Position numbers and translations under genes: made by a program
The notes under the pieces: model-generated
What the model saw: only the letters and a program-made list of their open reading frames with translations
Databases searched by the model: none
Told to the model about the DNA's origin: nothing
In this document: positions 58,334 to 64,000 of the stretch, piece by piece
Position numbering within the stretch: the stretch's first letter is position 1
Layout of the letters: each line of letters begins with the position of its first letter
DNA from: an uncultured bacterium
GTDB lineage: Bacteria; Desulfobacterota_D; UBA1144; Nemesobacterales; UBA2774
Assembly: GCA_963705505.1 (NCBI GenBank)
Contig: CAVPJU010000003.1
Location: 224,001 to 288,000 of the forward strand
DNA: 64,000 nucleotides
Reading direction: 5' to 3'

Positions 58334-59314
58334 ATGCCCTCCATAGAAGAGACGAGACATCAGATGGTTCAGTTCGTTTTCCCCGAGCATGCGAATACAC
58401 ACGGGACCCTCTACGGAGGGAGGCTTATGGATTGGATAATGCTCGCGGGAAGCATAAACTCCTCGCGCACAGCGAGGGGGATAACGGTCCTGGGCTCGAC
58501 GGACAGTATTGATTTTTTAAACCCCGTAAAGGTCGGGGAGATAGTTACGCTTGACAGCGCGATCGAATACATAGGATCGAGCTCGATGGAAGTCGGTGTA
58601 ACCGTGCACTCCGAGAATCCCGAAACCCGGGAGAGGAGGCTCGCAACCTTTTCTCATATGGCTTTCATAGCCGTTGATAAGGACGGGAATCCGAGACCTA
58701 TCAAGGAGAAGATCACGCCTGCGGACGAGAGCGAAAAGACCCTCTACAGCGAAGCCAAAAAACGGAGGGAGCTGAGGATCCCTCAAATCGGGAAGAGGGA
58801 CGAACAGGCGAGGAATACAATTGACGAGACCGAGATAACGAGGATGCGTCTCGAGACGACGAAGGTGGTTCTGCCCGAAGACAGCTTCTACGGCAGCTTC
58901 ATGTCCGTGGGCAAGCTGATGCTCGATATAGACGAGACAGCCGCCATACTGGCTATGAGGTTCGTCAAGGGGGTGCTTGTGACCGGGTCCCTGGACGAGC
59001 TCTTTTTCTATTCACCCATCATGGTCGGGGACATAATAATTTTTAAGGCCGGCATCACGTATGTGGGGAACACGTCCCTCGAAGTCGGTATCAAGGTCCT
59101 TTCCGAAAACATCATGAGCGGCGAACAGAGACATACATGTACAGCGTTCCTGACCTTCGTACACGTAGGGGAGGACGGGGCGCCGAAACAGGTGCCGGTG
59201 TTCAGACCGGAGACCCCCGAAGAGAAAAGGCTCTGGAAGAAAGCACAGGAAAGAAAGGAAAAAAGGACTGAGAGGATAAAGCATATCCACGAAGTCCCGC
59301 CGCAATTCGGATAA
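58334..59314 (+). CDS. Double hotdog-fold acyl-CoA thioesterase
   Basis: VFPEHANTHGTLYGG...F..PV.VG...G.SSMEV, repeated as VLPED...DE...GNTSLEVG. Confidence 0.88.
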   Translation: MPSIEETRHQMVQFVFPEHANTHGTLYGGRLMDWIMLAGSINSSRTARGITVLGSTDSIDFLNPVKVGEIVTLDSAIEYIGSSSMEVGVTVHSENPETRERRLATFSHMAFIAVDKDGNPRPIKEKITPADESEKTLYSEAKKRRELRIPQIGKRDEQARNTIDETEITRMRLETTKVVLPEDSFYGSFMSVGKLMLDIDETAAILAMRFVKGVLVTGSLDELFFYSPIMVGDIIIFKAGITYVGNTSLEVGIKVLSENIMSGEQRHTCTAFLTFVHVGEDGAPKQVPVFRPETPEEKRLWKKAQERKEKRTERIKHIHEVPPQFG

Positions 59315-59439
59315 CCTTCCCACCCTCTTGTATTTGTGTTACGATATCCTATTATTCCGCCTTAAATAGAGCTTATCCCTCTTTATACAATGAAATTCAG
59401 AGGTTCCCGTATGTTTATCTGCGGTGTGTGTGAATCTAG

Positions 59440-59871
59440 ATGAAATACAGAACTGTAGCTTTTCTCCTCGGCTTCCTCATTCTGGACATCGTCACCGTCC
59501 CGATAGACGAGTTTTCCTCGCACAGGGAAGTCCGCGGTCAGACAGATAAGCCCGCCGGTGTTACGGAAGAGAAAAAATACGTTTCCGACGACGGCATAGT
59601 CCACCTTCAGAGCCAGATGGATATAATGGATTTAATAAAGGCAATGAGCGAGATCAATGAAGAGCCTTATGTTATCGACGGATCCGTGAAGCCCAGGGAA
59701 ATAAGCATCATTACGCCTGAAGGCGGAATGAAAAAGGACGACGTGCTTATGTTCTTCGACACCGTGCTCCGTTTAAACGGTCTTGCAGTTGTGAAATCGG
59801 ACGGAATAAATAAGATCGTCAACTCAAGCGATATATCGGGAGCAAGCACTCCCGTCGAAACCGACAAGTAA
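59440..59871 (+). CDS. Exported protein containing only a secretin (GspD) N0-like domain
   Basis: Hydrophobic N-terminus; MDIMDLIKAMSEINEEPYVIDGSVK.REISIITP....DDVLMFFDTVLRLNGLAVVKSDGINKIV matches the GspD N0 pattern. Confidence 0.7.
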   Translation: MKYRTVAFLLGFLILDIVTVPIDEFSSHREVRGQTDKPAGVTEEKKYVSDDGIVHLQSQMDIMDLIKAMSEINEEPYVIDGSVKPREISIITPEGGMKKDDVLMFFDTVLRLNGLAVVKSDGINKIVNSSDISGASTPVETDK

Positions 59872-59891
59872 AACTAGGATATTAAAAACCC

Positions 59892-60800
59892 TCAGAAAAC
59901 AGGCGTTTCCCTCTTTTCGCTCCGGATAATCAGAAAATTCGAAAGTAGAATAAAGACACCGCCGAATAATATATATATACCGATATGCTGTGATAAGAAA
60001 ATCCATGCAATGACTGTAGCGCTCACGGGCTCGAGCAACAGTATGATTCCCGCAACGGATGCGGAGATCCTTTCAAGGGATCTATAAAAAAGCAGATGAG
60101 GAATTGCGCCCCCTAAAAGGGCAAATGCTGCGAGATACGCCCAGCTTGCCGGGGCCAGGCTGAGCGATAGCTTCACGAGACCCTTATCCGCAATCAGAAG
60201 GTCCAAGACCGGCAGGAGAAGCAAAAGCCAGAGGGAGGCAAAGCCAGACCATCCGAAAGTCGTCGTTATGTAGTGCTGGTCGAGCATAGCGCTCCTCTTG
60301 CCGAGAATGACCCAGAGAGACAGCAGCACTCCCGCGGCAAGCGCGGCGATTATCCCCGCTACGGAACCCACCGCACCCGCCTCCCATGATTTCAACAGAA
60401 TAACCATTCCGGCAAGACCGAGGAGAGCAGACCCGAGCTTAACGAGCGTTATCTTCTCCCCGAGGATCAGCCTTCCTATAAATATTGTCCAGACAGGCTG
60501 AGTGTAGAGAAGGAGGACAGTAAGCGCGACGGGCACTCCGAGAGCTATGCCTGAGAACAAAAGCAGCTCCAGGAGACCGCCTATAAGCCCGTAAACGGCG
60601 TAAAAAATAATTTTATCCCTCTTCAGCATGTAACGGGGCTTTATCAGAACAACAGGGAGGAGAAAGACGAATACGAGGAGTGACCTGTAAAACGTTACTT
60701 CATATAGGGACAGCCCCCTTTCCATCAGGAACTGCCCGCCGGGCGTTATGGTTCCGTATAAGATCCCCGCGAAAACTATAAACCAGTATTCCTTTTGCAT
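59892..60800 (-). CDS. DMT/EamA family transporter
   Basis: About 10 TM helices in two repeats; LLLYTQPVW...LGEKIT; ILLLEPVSA...FL.Q. Confidence 0.88.
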   Translation of the reverse strand: MQKEYWFIVFAGILYGTITPGGQFLMERGLSLYEVTFYRSLLVFVFLLPVVLIKPRYMLKRDKIIFYAVYGLIGGLLELLLFSGIALGVPVALTVLLLYTQPVWTIFIGRLILGEKITLVKLGSALLGLAGMVILLKSWEAGAVGSVAGIIAALAAGVLLSLWVILGKRSAMLDQHYITTTFGWSGFASLWLLLLLPVLDLLIADKGLVKLSLSLAPASWAYLAAFALLGGAIPHLLFYRSLERISASVAGIILLLEPVSATVIAWIFLSQHIGIYILFGGVFILLSNFLIIRSEKRETPVF

Positions 60801-60879
60801 AAGTCAGATTTTATAAATTGAGAGGTTCCCGATTACGAGAGACAATAAGGAAACTACGTTTTTATAAGTCCCCTTCTCT

Positions 60880-61965
60880 CTAGGTTAAATCCCTGAGCCT
60901 CGGCATGACCTCTTCGACAAGGAGTTTCATCGACCTCACCCATTTGTCCCTCGGCTTCCATTCGTGTCCCATTACGAGGAGCACGCCGAACCCGCCCACA
61001 TATTCGTAAAGCTCCCTGATTTTTTGAACGGCATCGTCGGGACTCCCGACAATCCAAAGATTGTCCATCATGTATTCAGGGGTCACCTGAGCGTCCGACA
61101 TCCCCTTGTCGGTCTTAAAGATATCCAGGTTCCCCCTGATCTTGGGAACCATCTTAAAAAAATAATCCGTAAAATCCCTGGCCAGAGTACCTTCCCGCAC
61201 CTCCCTCCTCGCTTCCTCCGTAGTTTCCGCGATATATATATCCCTCGCGACACGCCAGAGCGACTTACCGGGCTTCCTGCCCGCGCTTGCCGCGCCTTCT
61301 TCTACGGACGCCCAGTGTGTCCTCAATACGTCCCTGGTGATAAAATTTATGCTCATAGGAATCCAGCCGTTCGCGCCTGCGATCCTGAGGGTGCCGGAGC
61401 TCGGGGTAATTCCGGCTACCGCGATCGGGGGATGGGGCTTCTGATACGGCTTTGTGTGCACGCCGAGACCGACGTCCGACTGAGGCTCAGGGATGGTGAA
61501 ATTCCATCTCCTGTTCTGATACTTCCCGGGCCTGGGGTCTTTCCACAGGTTCAATATGAATTCGAGGGATTCGTTCGTCAGATCCCTTTGCTCCCCCGAT
61601 TTGGCGTCGATCCCGAACGCTTCGAAATCCCCGATAAAACTCCCTGCGCCCACACCCCAGTAAAACCTCCCCTTCGCAAGATGGTCGAGCACAGCGATCC
61701 TGTGGGCGAGCACGAACGGGTCGTGATCGGGAAGGCAGGAGACGCCCGTGCCAAGGATTATGTTCTTTGTCAGCGGGATTGCTTTCGCTATGAGGAGATC
61801 GGGGGCGGCTATGTTCTCCCAGCCGGCCGTAAAGTGCTCGCCGATCCAGGCTTCCCTGAACCCGAGCTCATCCAGGATAATAATCTGCTCTAGGTCTTCA
61901 TCGAGGGTTTGCGTGAGGTTCGAACCCGCCGGATGAAGCGGCATCGTAAAGTAGCCTATTTCCAA
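60880..61965 (-). CDS. Luciferase-like (LLM class) flavin-dependent oxidoreductase
   Basis: FTMPLHP, LGFREAWIGEH, LGTGV..LP.H.P..LA.RIA.LDHL.KGR, PYQKPHPPI, VGSPD, EEVMP. Confidence 0.9.
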   Translation of the reverse strand: MEIGYFTMPLHPAGSNLTQTLDEDLEQIIILDELGFREAWIGEHFTAGWENIAAPDLLIAKAIPLTKNIILGTGVSCLPDHDPFVLAHRIAVLDHLAKGRFYWGVGAGSFIGDFEAFGIDAKSGEQRDLTNESLEFILNLWKDPRPGKYQNRRWNFTIPEPQSDVGLGVHTKPYQKPHPPIAVAGITPSSGTLRIAGANGWIPMSINFITRDVLRTHWASVEEGAASAGRKPGKSLWRVARDIYIAETTEEARREVREGTLARDFTDYFFKMVPKIRGNLDIFKTDKGMSDAQVTPEYMMDNLWIVGSPDDAVQKIRELYEYVGGFGVLLVMGHEWKPRDKWVRSMKLLVEEVMPRLRDLT

Positions 61966-62083
61966 TCGAGACTCCGCTTAATTCAGGTATTCCTGTGAGT
62001 TTCAGGATATTAACACATCCCGTCTTCTTCTACAAAAATGTGTAGGGAGTTATCCTAGACGTCAGATGGAAGGTCTCTATTCT

Positions 62084-62112
62084 TTGAATTTGAAAGCCCC
62101 TTGGCGTATAAT
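62084..62112 (+). promoter_or_regulatory. Putative sigma70 promoter of nhaA
   Basis: TTGAAT-N17-TATAAT, 29 nt upstream of the ATG. Confidence 0.55.
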
Positions 62113-62141
62113 CTTGATGCTCCGGCAAGGATCAAACCACC

Positions 62142-63350
62142 ATGGCAGTCACTTCGGGACGCGCCGTTAATGCCATCCGTGAATTTCTCAAACTCGAATC
62201 CGCGAGCGGAATTATTCTGGTCGGGGCTGCGGTCCTTGCTCTCATATTAAACAACTCCCCCCTCTCGGGCTTGTACGACCTGCTGTTAAACACCCCTGTA
62301 GAGATCAGGGTCGGCGCCCTCCACCTGGCAAAGCCTCTCCTCCTCTGGATCAACGACGGCCTCATGGCTGCTTTTTTCCTACTGGTCGGCCTCGAGGTGA
62401 AGCGCGAGGTATTGGACGGACAATTGTCCAGCCTTTCTCAGATCGCTCTACCCGGCATTGCCGCTATAGGCGGTATGGTGATACCTGCGCTGATATACAT
62501 TTTTTTTAATTTCGATACCCCCGGAGCGTTAAACGGCTGGGCGATCCCCGCCGCAACTGATATAGCTTTCGCGCTCGGGATAATGACTCTCCTGGGCTCC
62601 CGTGTCCCGCTCTCGCTTAAGCTCTTTTTACTCACGCTCGCAATCATAGACGACCTCGGGGCTATAGTCATAATCGCAATTTTTTATTCGGGGAAACTGT
62701 CCCTCGTCTCCCTCGTCATGGCGGGAATCGCTGTAGCGGCGCTCGCCGCAATGAATCTAATGGGCGTGAAGAGGATAGCGGCTTACGTAATCGTCGGCGT
62801 AATACTCTGGATATGCGTCCTTAAATCCGGAGTGCACGCGACCCTTGCGGGGGTGGTTCTGGCGTTCGCAATCCCAATGAGGACGAAGGACGAGGAGCCC
62901 TGCCCGCTTCGGGAGCTCGAGCATACTCTGCATCCGTGGGTGGCGTTCGGGATTATGCCTGTTTTCGCTTTCGCCAATGCGGGGGTGTCGGTTGAGGGTA
63001 TGAGCTTAATGACCCTGTTCGAGCCCATTCCCGTGGGAGTCGCCCTCGGACTTTTTCTGGGAAAGCAGCTGGGCGTATTCGGATTTTCAAAACTTTGTAT
63101 AAAGCTGGGTCTGGCAAAAATGCCGGAGGGAGCGACATGGCTCACGCTTTACGGGACATCCGTTCTATGCGGTATCGGCTTTACGATGAGCTTATTCATA
63201 AGCACGCTGGCTTTCCATTCGAGTATGGCCGATGCGGGCGTATCGGCGAGGCTCGGAATCCTCGCGGGGTCGTTCGTTTCCGCGATCGGCGGGTATTTAC
63301 TGCTGAGATACTCTTTAAGCGGGGAATCCAAAACGAATGAGGGACCGTAA
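62142..63350 (+). CDS. nhaA: Na+/H+ antiporter NhaA
   Basis: [63 protein letters not shown]. Confidence 0.97.
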   Translation: MAVTSGRAVNAIREFLKLESASGIILVGAAVLALILNNSPLSGLYDLLLNTPVEIRVGALHLAKPLLLWINDGLMAAFFLLVGLEVKREVLDGQLSSLSQIALPGIAAIGGMVIPALIYIFFNFDTPGALNGWAIPAATDIAFALGIMTLLGSRVPLSLKLFLLTLAIIDDLGAIVIIAIFYSGKLSLVSLVMAGIAVAALAAMNLMGVKRIAAYVIVGVILWICVLKSGVHATLAGVVLAFAIPMRTKDEEPCPLRELEHTLHPWVAFGIMPVFAFANAGVSVEGMSLMTLFEPIPVGVALGLFLGKQLGVFGFSKLCIKLGLAKMPEGATWLTLYGTSVLCGIGFTMSLFISTLAFHSSMADAGVSARLGILAGSFVSAIGGYLLLRYSLSGESKTNEGP

Positions 63351-63419
63351 TACGAATAGAGATTTCGTCGGTAATATATAGTTGTTATTGCTTATATCAG
63401 CCTTTGCGGTTTTTCTCAA

Positions 63420-64000
63420 ATGAACATACTCAACCGGATAAAAGGAATTATTCTTTTCGTCTCCCTCTTCTACCTGACCTTCTACGTCCCTATGTCCCTC
63501 ACCTTTTATGCGCCTCAATGGATGAAGCTCAACTGTAACTGGCACGAACGCTGCAAAATCATAGGCTACGACAATGCATACAGGGGAATAGACGAGCTTG
63601 CCTCCTACTTCAGACACCGGGGCGGGCTCGAGAGTTTCTGGACCGTAAAGGAAAAACTGCATCTAAAAGAAGTACGCGGTATGTTCGATAAGATGCTCAT
63701 AGGCGGCGTGTTTGCGCTCGTGCTGCTTATATTTACATACGACCGTAGACGGGTCCCGCGCTACGCGCTGATAAATGCGGCGATAATTCTATCTCTCCTG
63801 CTAATACTCCCATTTTTCACCACGTTCTGGAGGGACATATTCCATCCCCTTCTGTTCAAGAATAATCTCTGGATGAACAACAGGTACGACCTCTCCTTTT
63901 ATATAATGCCCCGCCAGTTCTTCAAATACACGATCGCACTCCTGATAGCGATTTCCGTATCGGCGAATATCGTTCTGTGGCTGGCATTACGCAAAGGCGC
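63420..64000 (+). CDS. DUF1461 / Lit-like (lipoprotein intramolecular transacylase) membrane protein, 3' end off the window
   Basis: Not in the ORF track because it is open-ended. Manual translation from the ATG at 63420 gives MNILNRIKGIILFVSLFY...KEKLHLKEVRGMF...FWRDIFHPLLFKNNLW...DLSFYIMPRQFF with no stop before 64000. Confidence 0.75.
   Translation, partial: MNILNRIKGIILFVSLFYLTFYVPMSLTFYAPQWMKLNCNWHERCKIIGYDNAYRGIDELASYFRHRGGLESFWTVKEKLHLKEVRGMFDKMLIGGVFALVLLIFTYDRRRVPRYALINAAIILSLLLILPFFTTFWRDIFHPLLFKNNLWMNNRYDLSFYIMPRQFFKYTIALLIAISVSANIVLWLALRKG

Noticed and set aside
60880..61965. LLM oxidoreductase as the F420-dependent client of cofDGH
   Set aside because: It is 30 kb away, and the MPLHP/WIGEH type resembles FMN-dependent LLM monooxygenases; the cofactor cannot be assigned from sequence by eye.
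1..64000. Many long antisense or alternate-frame ORFs in the track (e.g. 6320-7156, 24497-25324, 36926-37768, 47891-48697, 60964-61893, 48685-48966)
   Set aside because: They are shadows of well-supported genes or of rnpB, with no motifs or start signals.

Overview
A 64-kb bacterial chromosomal window made up mostly of housekeeping genes. The gene order (xerC-hslVU-argBDF; tRNA-Ile2/C4 zinc-ribbon/RNase HI/rnpB/tyrS) resembles deltaproteobacterial/Desulfobacterota-type genomes; this taxonomy is an inference. About 55 CDS were identified, including rsmD, fmt, trpFBA, rimO, the F420/F0 genes cofDGH, smc, secA, folK/folD/thiD, tyrS, hpt, pepF and nhaA, plus one tRNA(CAT) and RNase P RNA. No mobile element, CRISPR array or prophage was seen. 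Main observations: (1) a three-gene exported module of a PAGG-TM-KR substrate-like protein, a C39 cysteine-peptidase lipoprotein and a TPR lipoprotein; (2) a lytic transglycosylase fused to a GspC/PilP-like HR domain and, 12 kb away, a stand-alone secretin-N0-like protein; (3) a DnaA-box cluster with a helically phased array between convergent folK and folD; (4) single-base frameshifts in folK and tyrS, possibly assembly errors; (5) paired sigma54-type promoters with shared TTGTCCG motifs in front of two paralogous REC-PAS signalling genes; (6) a ZBD-less ClpX paralogue coupled to rimO, a Cys-less DUF35 OB-fold protein and a Lit (DUF1461)-like gene. All family calls come from motifs recognised by eye, not from database searches.
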